DNA of 64,000 nt from Escherichia coli (lineage in GTDB: Bacteria > Pseudomonadota > Gammaproteobacteria > Enterobacterales > Enterobacteriaceae). Shown here piece after piece: positions 54,358 to 64,000 of the stretch. Within the stretch, counting starts at the first letter, position 1, and every line of letters begins with the position of its first letter. A program made the translations under genes and the position numbers. The stretch lies in assembly GCF_003334335.1 (NCBI RefSeq), contig NZ_QOWQ01000009.1. One strand, 5' to 3'. The notes beneath the pieces are model-generated. The model saw only the letters and a list, made by a program, of their open reading frames with translations, was not told the origin of the DNA and did no database searches.

Positions 54358-56268
54358 ATGTCTCAGCGATATAAACTCTATCGTCGAACCAGCGGCATTT
54401 ATGTTGTCCGCATTAGCATTCCCCAACGTTTTCGTCGATACGCAGGACAGTGTGAGATTCACACTTCAACAGGCACTCACGATCTTCATGAAGCAAAGCA
54501 GAAGTCCGCGCTCCTGTTGGCGGTCTGGTATCAGACCTTACAAGAGTATGAACAATTGGATTATCGAACTTTAAGTGACTGCGCCCCGCTGCTTGCTGGT
54601 GAGGGTATGATCTCGCTTTCTAACTTTGCTCAGTCAGTTGAGTTGCCTGTTGCGCAATTAATACAGGCGGTGATGAACCGTAATCTGCCCGTATTCTGGC
54701 TGGCGACGGGGCAGGCTGGCTTTTATGTTGCAGCGCTCTCTGAGGCTGAGCTAGACCCGCTTGATGGCAGTTACGTTCTTAATTATGGCGAAGAGAAGGG
54801 TATCGAGGGGGTTGCTAAAGGCTATCTGCAACTCACTGCGCAACCAGCACATTTACGTAACATTATTAGCGACGGTTATTCAGAAGCTTCGGTGTTCAAA
54901 ACTGCCGGAAGCGACGCTAAAGGCGGTTGGTTTTTCACCTCCGGTTGGCCGGTAATTAAACCCGATACGCTTTTGATCAATAAAGTCCATGCAGAAAGCC
55001 TAAGGCTTGATTGGCTGGCTAAGACCACGCCTCCAGTCGCTAGTGTTCATCCTACCGTGCCTCTTGCCGCTCCTGCCCCTACTATCGATAACGAGTATGT
55101 TAATCGAAAGTATTACACTAAGAATCTGTCGTGGTTATGCTCTGAATATCTAAAGCATCGGCGCAAGGGCAAGGTATCGGAGTCGGCTATAAGTGATATC
55201 CGTAACTATTTCAGCTTTATGATCGAAGCGATGGGTGACATTCAGTTGGAAGATTTTGATCGCGATTTCCTCCGGGCTTATGAGAGCAAACTGCGCACGA
55301 TCCCAGCAAACCGTAATTTAGTCAAAGCTAAATATGGAGTGAAAACGCTGGATCAGTTAATCGCCAAAGCGGCAGAATGCGGCGATAAATTGATGACTGA
55401 GGAATCCGTTAGGAAGTATATCAACGGCATTTATGGTGCAATGAAGTGGGCTGTTGCTGACGGTAAGCTACTGAAATCGCCATGCGAAAACTTTTTTCCA
55501 TCCGATGATAAAGATGAGCGAGATCAGGATCACACTGACATATTTGAACCGCATGAAATTAAAGCGATTTTTTCGTTACCGTGGTTTGAGGCTGGAACTG
55601 TTGAACGCAATGCGCAAGGGCGATTCCATCAATATTGCCCGTTTAACTATTGGGCACCTTTGCTGGGCTTGATGACGGGGGCGCGAGTTAATGAAATCGC
55701 TCAGTTACTGCTGAGTGATGTTCTGGCAGACGACGGCGTCTATTATTTGAACCTTGAAAGCGATAATGAAAGCGGAAAGAAACTCAAAAATGCTAATGCT
55801 CGCCGCAAGATTCCGCTCCATTCAAAGCTGATTAGTCTCGGTTTCATCGACTACGTGAACGCCTTAAAAGATGCAGGGTATACCCGTCTCTTCCCGGAGC
55901 TTAAACCACATAAAACAAAAGGCTATGGTAGGCCAGTTTCCGCATGGTTCAATGAATCGTTGCTTGCGGGGCGGTTGAAACTCGAGAGGAACAGAAGCAA
56001 ATCTTTCCATTCTTTTCGCCACTCAGTTTCGACTTTGCTCAAGGAGAAGGGCGTTAGCTCAGAATTACGAGCGCAGCTACTTGGGCATGTGCGCGGCGAA
56101 ACTGAAACGGAAGTGCGATATAGCAAAGACCTCAAACCAATTCATATGATTGAAGTCGTGGAGAAAATTGATTTTTCGTTACCTGATATAGCGGAATTCA
56201 ACATTCCTGACGGGCTGGATGCTGTCAGAGATGCGTTGCGAAGAAAGCGTGGCAAACAAACAGGTTGA
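54358..56268 (+). CDS. tyrosine site-specific integrase, unusually large (~636 aa)
   Basis: C-terminal catalytic residues visible (ARVNEI Arg, HSFRHS His-x-x-Arg, VRYSKD Tyr). Start set at ATG 54358; the ORF-track TTG at 54316 is an alternative. Confidence 0.85.
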   Translation: MSQRYKLYRRTSGIYVVRISIPQRFRRYAGQCEIHTSTGTHDLHEAKQKSALLLAVWYQTLQEYEQLDYRTLSDCAPLLAGEGMISLSNFAQSVELPVAQLIQAVMNRNLPVFWLATGQAGFYVAALSEAELDPLDGSYVLNYGEEKGIEGVAKGYLQLTAQPAHLRNIISDGYSEASVFKTAGSDAKGGWFFTSGWPVIKPDTLLINKVHAESLRLDWLAKTTPPVASVHPTVPLAAPAPTIDNEYVNRKYYTKNLSWLCSEYLKHRRKGKVSESAISDIRNYFSFMIEAMGDIQLEDFDRDFLRAYESKLRTIPANRNLVKAKYGVKTLDQLIAKAAECGDKLMTEESVRKYINGIYGAMKWAVADGKLLKSPCENFFPSDDKDERDQDHTDIFEPHEIKAIFSLPWFEAGTVERNAQGRFHQYCPFNYWAPLLGLMTGARVNEIAQLLLSDVLADDGVYYLNLESDNESGKKLKNANARRKIPLHSKLISLGFIDYVNALKDAGYTRLFPELKPHKTKGYGRPVSAWFNESLLAGRLKLERNRSKSFHSFRHSVSTLLKEKGVSSELRAQLLGHVRGETETEVRYSKDLKPIHMIEVVEKIDFSLPDIAEFNIPDGLDAVRDALRRKRGKQTG

Positions 56269-56400
56269 ATCAGTTACTATTCAGTTGAGTGATGCTTGAA
56301 TGCGCTGGGACGCTTCCTGGCGCGTTTTTTATTAAGGGTGGTGGATTTCATAGTGCTGAATTTGGAGACGCTCAAAACACGTTTGGTGAAACTTGATGAC

Positions 56401-56733
56401 CTACGATTGCACCCGCAGCCCTTCTACGCTTTCTGATGGTAGATTTATCACTGTTTTAATGCTGGCCTCTATGTTGCCAATGATGTCTTCGCGCGGGCCG
56501 CTGCGCCAGTCATCGCTTGCGTAAAAAGCGTCGAGAACCGTAGTCATGCTTTTAGGGCTGACAAAGGCGCGAATCAGGTAATAGCAGTCCGGGTCATGCA
56601 GAGAGTTACCAAACGAAACAACATCGATCCCGTGGCGTTGGTGTAGGGGAACACTGATTTCCTGCATAATGGCGTGAAAAGCGGCACCGCTGCCTTTGCG
56701 TAAGGTGTATTGCAGTATCTCGACGGTTCTCAA
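56401..56733 (-). CDS. small dimeric alpha/beta-barrel protein (NIPSNAP/ABM-like)
   Basis: 110-aa ORF, MRTVEILQYTLRKGSGAAFHAIMQEISVPLHQRHGIDVV...; family assignment by eye only. Confidence 0.5.
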   Translation of the reverse strand: MRTVEILQYTLRKGSGAAFHAIMQEISVPLHQRHGIDVVSFGNSLHDPDCYYLIRAFVSPKSMTTVLDAFYASDDWRSGPREDIIGNIEASIKTVINLPSESVEGLRVQS

Positions 56734-57738
56734 AGCATTATCTCCGCGTCGCCTCTGGACGGCTCCCTTGTTGATAGCAATAAAGTAAACCGGACTGGGC
56801 CATGAAGCTACTGCTAATCAGACAGTCATCCGTAAGCAAAAGCTGCGATATGCGGTTCAAACGCGCTGTAAGGCTCTCTGGCGAGTGTTTTAAAGAAGGT
56901 AGTCGAAATCATGGTGCAGAATTCGCGGCGCTCTCATAGAGTGACTGGCGAAGCCAGTTGAAACAAGCGTAGCGGAGTTCGAGCAATCAATGAGAAATCT
57001 GGGCGAGCTTTAAGCTTTACCGCGCTTCTTAACTTTTGAGTCTGTTTGGCTCTATAAGGATAAGCCTGCCGCCGTGGAAATTTTCGGACGCTATGCCTGA
57101 GAGGGGCGCTTCCAAACCTAGGGCATCCACTTTTTCGCTCCCAACTTATCTGGCTGCATTTACACCGCGAACACGTTGAACGTTAGCAGCTTCTGGTTCG
57201 TATTTGGTTGTTACGCAGGAGAGGTAAAAACGGCAGGTTTACTTTTGACGGCAACGCCATAAGACACCAAACAGCAGAGAAGTGTAATTGTTAAAAATGT
57301 TAAAACATAACTTGTTCTTTAAGATGTAAACCCTTCCTCGGGGGGGAAGCCGGACATATCAACCATAAGGCCATCTGAGAAGATAGCCTGTAGGTTGCTC
57401 GGTTCCCCTTGCCAGATGAAGATCAAGTCTTCCTCGTGGTGTGACGACCTTTCTTGAAAGATGCATTATGCGCAAAAGAAGCTACTCAAGAATCCGCCGA
57501 TAGCTACTTTCACCCTCTGCTTGGCTGCATCAAACGCTTGCGCGCCCTACCTACCACAATCAACGTTACGCAGAGTTCCCATCCTGACGTCTTCCGCTAA
57601 ACAGCGGTGATCTCCACCTACCCGGACCGGTTTACCGCATGAGGTAGGTGTCAGGAGAGAAGCTAGCACACCATCATTTTAAAGAAAAGTCATATATATC
57701 ATATGGCTGCGTTCATATTCTGAACGCAGTTATCGATG

Positions 57739-58205
57739 TTAACCTAAAGGTATGAGAACACTGTCGTTTTTCATATACAAAGGGTGCTTCGGCTCACCTG
57801 TAGCGTTTAAGACGAAGCACATTGTGCTCTCTGGCAATAGCTGTCGGACGGTCGTTGAGCGTTTGAGGTGTCTTCCTTCATTTCCCCATGCGGCGACAAC
57901 CAGTCCGGCACCGCTAACAAGACGTATCAAGTGGCTATCGTTATCTTTGCCAATGGGATCAGACGCTTTCATCATTTCATGTCGCTGGGTGTGAACGAAT
58001 GCGAACAGGTTGGCCATGTATACGCCACCGTAGCCCCAGCTTTTGGCAAACGATATGCAGCGGCTCAAGGTGCGATCATCCTTCTCAGCATCGGCGTATG
58101 AAGGGTTTAGCCCTATGAAAAGGGCATATGGTTTTGATTCGTCCCAGACTCGTGATAACGAGTAGCGATATTGACCGCACGGTGAAAAATCGCGTCTTTA
58201 ATCAT
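57739..58205 (-). pseudogene. DUF1643-like gene with an apparent 1-nt frameshift in an A5/T5 tract (58185-58189)
   Basis: ATG at 58203-58205 opens MIKDAIF in one frame; the rest (SPCGQYRYSLSRVWDESKPYALFIGLNPSYADAEKDDRTLSRCISFAKSWGYGG...) continues in the -1 frame to 57739. One extra T in the tract would give a ~155-aa product. Confidence 0.6.
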
Positions 58206-58278
58206 TTCGGTTGTCCTTATGAAGTGATGGTTTCAGCCTAACATGTCTTTATCCGTTTTAAGCGCCAACAAACGACCG

Positions 58279-58375
58279 TTTTCTGGCACCTCCCAATCGC
58301 ACGCTTTCACACTGTTGGAAAAATAGCCTTGGCTTTTCTGGCAGGCCATCCTAATGTTGGCCTCGTTTTCTGGCA
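58279..58375. repeat. three direct repeats of TTTTCTGGCA upstream of the serine recombinase gene (candidate recombinase binding / res-like subsites)
   Basis: Copies at 58279-58288, 58334-58343 and 58366-58375; the last two extend to TTTTCTGGCAGG. Located in the divergent intergenic region between the DUF1643-like gene and the recombinase. Confidence 0.5.
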
Positions 58376-58397
58376 GGGGTCAGATGGGGAGATAACA

Positions 58398-58958
58398 ATG
58401 GCAACTTTTGGCTACGGACGTGTTTCGACATCGCAGCAGGATACTGAGAACCAACGGCTGGAGCTTGGGCAGGCTGGGTGGCAAATTGATTACTGGTTTG
58501 CCGATGTTGTTAGCGGGAAGGTTCCGGCAATGCAACGTAAAGCATTTTCTGAAATGCTCAATAAAATCCGCGATGGTGAAACGTTGGTGGTAGCGAAGCT
58601 TGATCGTCTGGGGCGTGATGCGATTGACGTCTTGCAAACGGTAAGGGCGCTGGCTGACCGTAATATCAAGGTTCTTGTCCACCAGCTTGGTAACACAGAT
58701 CTCACTTCTGCCGCTGGGAAGTTGCTATTATCTATGCTCGCCGCGGTTGTGGAGATGGAGCGTGATCTGCTGATTGAGCGCACTCAGGCGGGACTATCAC
58801 GAGCAAAAGCCGAAGGTAAGAAATTGGGCAGACCTCCTAAAATCGCGTCAGAAGCCCGTAGAGAGATTTTAGAGAAAAAGAATAGCGGTTTGAGTATCAG
58901 TGCGTTAGCGCGTCAATATGGCGTTTCAAGAGCGACTGTAGCAGCTATTACCGATTGA
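58398..58958 (+). CDS. small serine recombinase (resolvase/invertase family)
   Basis: 186-aa product from ATG 58398 (SD GGAGA 6 nt upstream): MATFGYGRVSTSQQ (catalytic Ser), KLDRLGRD, GRPPK followed by a C-terminal HTH. The ORF-track TTG at 58329 is over-extended. Confidence 0.85.
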   Translation: MATFGYGRVSTSQQDTENQRLELGQAGWQIDYWFADVVSGKVPAMQRKAFSEMLNKIRDGETLVVAKLDRLGRDAIDVLQTVRALADRNIKVLVHQLGNTDLTSAAGKLLLSMLAAVVEMERDLLIERTQAGLSRAKAEGKKLGRPPKIASEARREILEKKNSGLSISALARQYGVSRATVAAITD

Positions 58959-58971
58959 ATATGGAGAGTTT

Positions 58972-59817
58972 ATGGCTTACACAGCAACTGTTATCCCTGT
59001 AATGATTGCTTCTCCTGGTGATGTCGCTGAAGAGAGACAAGTCATTCGTGAAATGATCCATGAGTGGAATGATATAAATTCAGCTCGTTCAAAAGTAATG
59101 TTGACACCAATTGGATGGGAAACTCATACATCACCCGAATTAGGAGTTAGGCCTCAGGAGTTGATTAATCAAAGATTATTAGTAGATTGTGATTTATTAA
59201 TCGGTGTGTTTTGGACTCGTCTAGGCTCACCGACTGGGAACGAGGCCAGCGGAACAGTCGAAGAAATCCACCGTCATTTGAATGCGGGAAAACCGGCAAT
59301 GATTTACTTTTCCTCAAAGCCTGTTGCCCCTGAAAGCCTTGATAGAGAACAATATGAGTCTCTTAAATTGTTCAAAACTGAGTGCATGCAAAAGGGATTG
59401 ATAGAGTCTTTTAATGACTTATCTGATTTCAAAGAAAAAGTCCGTAGGCAACTTTCGATAATTATTTCTAGTAGCCCTTATTTGTCTTCTCTTATATCTA
59501 CCATTAACAATTCTCCTGATGCGAATACAAGTCAATCTTTGCCAGAAAGTAATTTGTCCGCCGATGCACTCAGTTTGCTGAAATTAGCATGTGTCGATGA
59601 TAGCGGAACAATTTATGTGATAAGGCATTTAGGTGGCACGGATATTCAAGCGGGAAATCAATCCTTTGGTGGAAGTTCGGCTAGAGAGGTAGCCCGTTGG
59701 GAGGGCGCACTTAACGAACTGTTATCCTTTGATTTTGTGATTGAAAGAGGGGCAAAAGGACAAATGTATTATGTTACTCATAAAGGCTGGACATTTCTTG
59801 AATCTTTAAATGAATAA
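58972..59817 (+). CDS. two-domain protein: N-terminal DUF4062-like domain + Ser-rich linker + uncharacterised ~100-aa C-terminal domain
   Basis: 281-aa ORF 13 bp after the recombinase stop. N-terminus VMIASPGDVAEERQVIREMI...CDLLIGVFWTRLGSPTG...SGTVEEI...GKPAMIYFS fits my recollection of the DUF4062 pattern (not profile-verified). Confidence 0.7.
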   Translation: MAYTATVIPVMIASPGDVAEERQVIREMIHEWNDINSARSKVMLTPIGWETHTSPELGVRPQELINQRLLVDCDLLIGVFWTRLGSPTGNEASGTVEEIHRHLNAGKPAMIYFSSKPVAPESLDREQYESLKLFKTECMQKGLIESFNDLSDFKEKVRRQLSIIISSSPYLSSLISTINNSPDANTSQSLPESNLSADALSLLKLACVDDSGTIYVIRHLGGTDIQAGNQSFGGSSAREVARWEGALNELLSFDFVIERGAKGQMYYVTHKGWTFLESLNE

Positions 59818-59877
59818 TTAAATGCGAGGTCATTACATAAGTTTATTTTTGATGTTAGGGTGAATTCCCTCACATTT

Positions 59878-60372
59878 TTATTCGAAAGAGGCCGCAATGA
59901 CTTCTCCTGTTTTTGCGTTGAAAACACAAAAGTATTGAAGCGGAGCTAGCATCCCCAAGCTGTTAACTACCTTAGCTTGTTGCCCAAATGCCTGAATAAT
60001 CTTCGCGTTCTCATCGTGCCAGAGATAAGTATTAAATACAGGCGCTTCGCTTTCTTGCCACACATGGCGAAACTTCGCTTTCTCATCCATTACCTTTTTG
60101 CACTCCCTGACCGGGTTATGGTGCGTTTTCGCATAGCATTCCGGGTTGTCATCTGCACATACGATATCTTTTCGTGCTGTCTGATGCTCAGCACCTACAG
60201 CAGAAAAGGCGCATACGCCCAGCACCAATGAGAGAGTGCCCAGAGCACCCCATACAGTTGCGCGTAGCGTGCTGATGTGCTGCTTTGATACAGCATGGGC
60301 AACTACACTATAACTGGCCCAGCTAATCGCGGCTCCCGCTGCAATCGGTAATAAAAAGTCTGCTCCCGTCAT
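59878..60372 (-). CDS. small membrane protein (two predicted TM helices + Cys-containing soluble domain)
   Basis: 164-aa product from ATG 60370-60372 (MTGADFLLPIAAGAAISWASYSVVAHAV...); no recognisable family. The ORF-track start at 60429 is upstream. Confidence 0.5.
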   Translation of the reverse strand: MTGADFLLPIAAGAAISWASYSVVAHAVSKQHISTLRATVWGALGTLSLVLGVCAFSAVGAEHQTARKDIVCADDNPECYAKTHHNPVRECKKVMDEKAKFRHVWQESEAPVFNTYLWHDENAKIIQAFGQQAKVVNSLGMLAPLQYFCVFNAKTGEVIAASFE

Positions 60373-60612
60373 GATTCCCTCACTTTCCAAACCACATCGC
60401 GCCTGATAGCGAACGCTGGTGACGCCCAACCGATGATGATCATCATACTTGTTGGGTTTTAAATGTCACCATTGGTGTTTGTTTTGAATCAAAAAGGATT
60501 GTCATGATACAGCCGATGAATGCTAGTGACTAAGCTCGCTGAAGTGAGATTGGATTCAAAATATCTCATATGGAGCGTGGCCTTACAGTGGTCAAAATTG
60601 CACATTCAGTGC

Positions 60613-61077
60613 ATGAAAAAATCCCTGAGAATACAGTTTGGCGAGCGGGTAAAAGAACTGCGCATTGCCACCGGATTGAGCCAAGAGGCCTTTGCCGATC
60701 GGTGCGGGTTTGCACGTAGTTATATGAGCAGAATTGAACGTGGTGGCTCTAATGCGTCTCTGGATGCGATTGAGGTGCTGGCTAACGCTCTGAGCGTTGA
60801 GCCGTGGCAGTTGTTAGCGCCTGGCCCATCTGAAGATAACGACTCGGAACTGTTGGTTCCATACGCAGCCGATGGTTCCTGTTTTCACCCCGGTTTGGCG
60901 AGCACCCGTGATGGTTCGTTTGGCGTAGGTGATAAAGCGGCTCAGAAGCGTTTTGGCACGTTTGCTGAAGCTCTTGAGTATCTTCGTAGCATGGAGACAG
61001 CAAAATGGCGTAGGCCTAATCCTAGCGGCAACTGGGGTATCGTATCAGCGGTTCGGTGGGACAAACTGAGAAAGTAG
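60613..61077 (+). CDS. XRE-family HTH transcriptional regulator with an uncharacterised C-terminal domain
   Basis: HTH QFGERVKELRIATGLSQEAFADRCGFARSYMSRIERGGSNASLDAIEVLANAL. Start uncertain: ATG 60613 preferred, the ORF-track ATG 60520 is possible. Confidence 0.65.
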   Translation: MKKSLRIQFGERVKELRIATGLSQEAFADRCGFARSYMSRIERGGSNASLDAIEVLANALSVEPWQLLAPGPSEDNDSELLVPYAADGSCFHPGLASTRDGSFGVGDKAAQKRFGTFAEALEYLRSMETAKWRRPNPSGNWGIVSAVRWDKLRK

Positions 61078-61556
61078 CTCAAGTGTAAGTTTATGAATTT
61101 TTATGCTGTATGGATGAACAGTATTCATTAGATGCTGATAGTCTTATGTTTCATCAGCCCTTTGTTTCTATAAGAGTGAATAAAACAGCAAAATGCGGGT
61201 GCGTTACGGTGGCGTTTCGCTTTGGCTCTTAATGGCTTAATTCATATAAATAACATTGAGTTAAATAGTTATTCTGAACAAGGTCTGCCGGGGTCTAACT
61301 GGTTTCAAAATCCGAACGCAGTGGCGTTTATTCAACGTCCACATAGCTGACAAATGTTCTTTCCTCCCGACTCGGCAGACCTCCAGAAACATTAAAAGGC
61401 AGGTATGGCACGTTGATGTTTTATGCCGCCACGAACACTCGGTTTGATTCCGTCCAGCGGATCAAACTTAATATGTAGCCCCTAGAACAAAAAGGTCCTA
61501 CGATTGCTCTCTTAACAGCTAACAGGAACGTGATTACAGCAGGTTATAGAGACTTA

Positions 61557-61584
61557 GGTTCGAGTCCGGCCTTCGGCACCAAGT
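61557..61584. repeat. attR: second copy of the 28-bp leuX 3'-end direct repeat
   Basis: GGTTCGAGTCCGGCCTTCGGCACCAAGT identical to 54243-54270. Confidence 0.85.
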
Positions 61585-62114
61585 TACTAAATTCCTTACA
61601 ATACAGTTGGTTAGACGATTAAATCTGTCTCTTTTGCCTGTAAGAAATGCTCTGTTATGTCCCTTGAAAAAGCCGCTGTGGTTGATAGTGGTAATTGGGA
61701 TGTTAACTCATAGCGGCGTGTCGTTCCAAGCGTCAAACACGTACTGACTCAACTTGAAAGCTATGACGTAGCCACCGTCTCTAAACAATCCCAAAACTTT
61801 TAGTGCAGCGCATTTTAGCCCGATGCCCCCATTCTGTCGCCGTCGCGAGACGCCGCAGGGGATAAACAGGTTTATGGTGGTCACGGTACTTGCAGACCAT
61901 ATGCAAGCTCTGCCAGCGGTTCGGCCTCGCTCCCCTTGGGTACATGGTCATCCTGATAAGCCTCACTAACTGACATAACCCTGATGAAGTCGCAAGAGGC
62001 TCCGCTTGTTGTCTTACCACCAACGGGGCTTTATGGATTCTATTGCTTAATATATGATTGTATCAAACTTAGACTGCATAATTTAAACGAACATAACAAT
62101 CAGGCAGGGGAAGA

Positions 62115-62939
62115 ATGATAAAGCCATTTTCTGTGAGGTATGGTCATGTTGACGTTAGAGAGCATGTCCAGCTGAATGATCTTAATTCTGATACACGCAT
62201 GGCATTGTGGAATTGCTTATATCTTTTCCTTTGGACTAACAATCGTCAAACTGCTACAGCAACAAAATGTGCGCAGTCTGTGTGGATATATTATCTAAAT
62301 CAACCTGCGGATAATATTCCTCGTTATGAAAGTGGATACAAAAGTGATAAGACGTTGCTGACTGCTATCCGAGATTATATATATGGGGAAGCATGGTATT
62401 TGGTATATGATTTAATTGAGTTCATCATTGAGAGAACTAATTCATATATTAATCTATCGAAGCATCTCAATTCCATCTTTAAAAAGCATGGCGTTGGTTA
62501 TACCATAATAAATGGTTGTATTACTCCTATTTCAAATGATAACGAAATTGAAAGTGTTCAGAACGCAGTTGATAATGGCACTGATTCATCGCGTAGCCAT
62601 TTCGAAAGGGCGTTACAACTAATGACGGATAGAGAGCAGCCAGACTACAGAAACTCGATTAAAGAGTCTATCTCTGCAATTGAATCTTTATGCAGGAAAA
62701 TCACGGGCAATGATAAAGGAACCTTGGGGGCTTGTCTTAAAGCTATAGAGGAAAAAGGATATATACACTCTGCAATGAAAGGCGCTTTTAGTCAGCTCTA
62801 TGGTTATACAAGTGATCAGGGTGGAATACGTCATGCGCTAACAGAAGAAGATGTAAATCCTACCTTAGCTGAAGCTAAATTTATGTTAGTCACTTGCAGT
62901 GCGTTCAGTAATTATCTGTTGTCAAAAATAAGTGATTAA
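62115..62939 (+). CDS. putative abortive-infection protein, AbiJ-like (N-terminal AbiJ-type domain + HEPN-like C-terminal domain)
   Basis: 274-aa low-GC ORF, MIKPFSVRYGHVDVREHVQLNDLNSDTRMALWNCLY...; C-terminal helical region ending QLYGYTSDQGGIRHA. Assignment from memory of AbiJ-family sequences, unverified. Confidence 0.55.
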   Translation: MIKPFSVRYGHVDVREHVQLNDLNSDTRMALWNCLYLFLWTNNRQTATATKCAQSVWIYYLNQPADNIPRYESGYKSDKTLLTAIRDYIYGEAWYLVYDLIEFIIERTNSYINLSKHLNSIFKKHGVGYTIINGCITPISNDNEIESVQNAVDNGTDSSRSHFERALQLMTDREQPDYRNSIKESISAIESLCRKITGNDKGTLGACLKAIEEKGYIHSAMKGAFSQLYGYTSDQGGIRHALTEEDVNPTLAEAKFMLVTCSAFSNYLLSKISD

Positions 62940-62987
62940 TTACAGGTTTATAGTTACGAGTGGGTTAGTTACCCACTCCCTTTAAAA

Positions 62988-63560
62988 TTATTCACCAGAC
63001 TCTAATCTTTTTTCTCTTTTCTCATCTCTCCTTTTTATTGCCAAATCGTGTTGCTCTTGCAGATACGTGCGTTCTTCGTTTCTATCGCTTGAAGTATATA
63101 CGTCTGCTTTTACTTTTTTAGCTCCTTGTGCAATAGGTTTCCAATCCTCTCTTATACCTTTAATTTGTTCTGCAATTTGCGTCAATGGGCTTCTCGCTCC
63201 TAGATAACTTATTCCTTCAAATGTCGCCATGTCATACACATATTCATTTGTTTCTCTATCGTTTGATTTAGGTTTGCTTGCCCAGCTTATATTAATATTA
63301 TAAATTTGATCTTTGATTTGTTCATACTTACAGAGATTGCTGGTAAGTGATTGCCCATTTTTTAACACGCTTACCTTACTAAACGGAATCTCACTTTTTT
63401 CTCTATGCTCCGCATTTACTAGTGGAGGATCAAACACAACCTCAACATTATAGGCAGGTGCGTTCCCTGTATTAGCAATGTTAATATCAAAGTAAAAAGC
63501 GGCCCAAGGGTTTGGCTCAAGTGTTACAACTATATGGGGTTGAGCTGATGCGTCAACCAT
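62988..63560 (-). CDS. hypothetical protein
   Basis: 191-aa product from ATG 63558-63560, convergent with the AbiJ-like gene; K/E-rich C-terminus. The ORF-track GTG start (63614) would lie inside the IS terminal repeat. Confidence 0.45.
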   Translation of the reverse strand: MVDASAQPHIVVTLEPNPWAAFYFDINIANTGNAPAYNVEVVFDPPLVNAEHREKSEIPFSKVSVLKNGQSLTSNLCKYEQIKDQIYNINISWASKPKSNDRETNEYVYDMATFEGISYLGARSPLTQIAEQIKGIREDWKPIAQGAKKVKADVYTSSDRNEERTYLQEQHDLAIKRRDEKREKRLESGE

Positions 63561-63580
63561 TCTTTTTGTCTCGTCTGCTC

Positions 63581-63923
63581 TGAAGTGGTGAAGTGGTTTA
63601 CTGAATTTGGCCACCTGAACAGAGGTGATATGCTCACCTCAGAACAACACAGGTGCTCCAATGAAAAAAAGAAATTTTAGCGCAGAGTTTAAACGCGAAT
63701 CCGCTCAACTGGTTGTTGACCAGACATACACGGTGGCAGATGCCGCCAAAGCTATGGATGTTGGCCTTTCCACAATGACAAGATGGGTCAAACAACTGCG
63801 TGATGAGCGTCAGGGCAAAACACCAAAAGCCTCTCCGATAACACCAGAACAAATCGAAATACGTAAGCTGAGGAAAAAGCTACAACGCATTGAAATGGAG
63901 AATGAAATATTAAAAAAGGCTAC
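63581..63923 (+). mobile_element. IS3-family (IS911-like) left end with orfA, truncated Confidence 0.
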
Positions 63924-64000
63924 TGTAGATTCAATCTGTCAATGCAACACCCCTTTCAATTATCTCTTTCGGTGTTTTGAACTTCAGTGTCTTTCTCGGT

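Larger units (their letters stand above)
54271..61584. mobile_element. putative integrative genomic island inserted at leuX (~7.3 kb)
   Basis: tRNA-adjacent tyrosine integrase gene and 28-bp direct repeat of the tRNA 3' end at the far side. Confidence 0.75.

Overview
About 54 kb of this window is conserved Escherichia coli-type core chromosome, ending at tRNA-Leu (leuX, 54183-54267); the last ~10 kb is accessory DNA. Core gene order, recognised from the translations: cpdB(partial)-cysQ-ytfJ-ytfK-ytfL-msrA-tamA-tamB-ytfP-ppa-ytfQ-ytfR-ytfT-yjfF-fbp-mpl-yjgA-pmbA-cybC-nrdG-nrdD-treC-treB-treR-mgtL-mgtA-ridA-pyrI-pyrB-pyrL-yjgH-bdcA-bdcR-tabA-yjgL-argI-rraB-yjgM-yjgN-valS-holC-pepA-lptF-lptG-yjgR-ahr. 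The accessory part is (1) a ~7.3 kb island inserted at leuX, bounded by a 28-bp direct repeat of the tRNA 3' end (54243-54270 and 61557-61584), and (2) beyond that repeat an AbiJ/HEPN-like gene, a hypothetical gene and nested IS fragments (IS911-like interrupted by an IS30-family end). The most interesting candidate for an undescribed system is inside the island: a small serine recombinase co-oriented with a 281-aa protein whose N-terminus fits the DUF4062 pattern, preceded by three direct repeats of TTTTCTGGCA and flanked by a frameshifted DUF1643-like gene and a divergent membrane-protein / XRE-regulator pair. All family assignments are by eye from the translations and from memory of the E. 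coli K-12 map; no database search was possible. Coordinates of features not anchored to the ORF track may be off by 1-2 bp.
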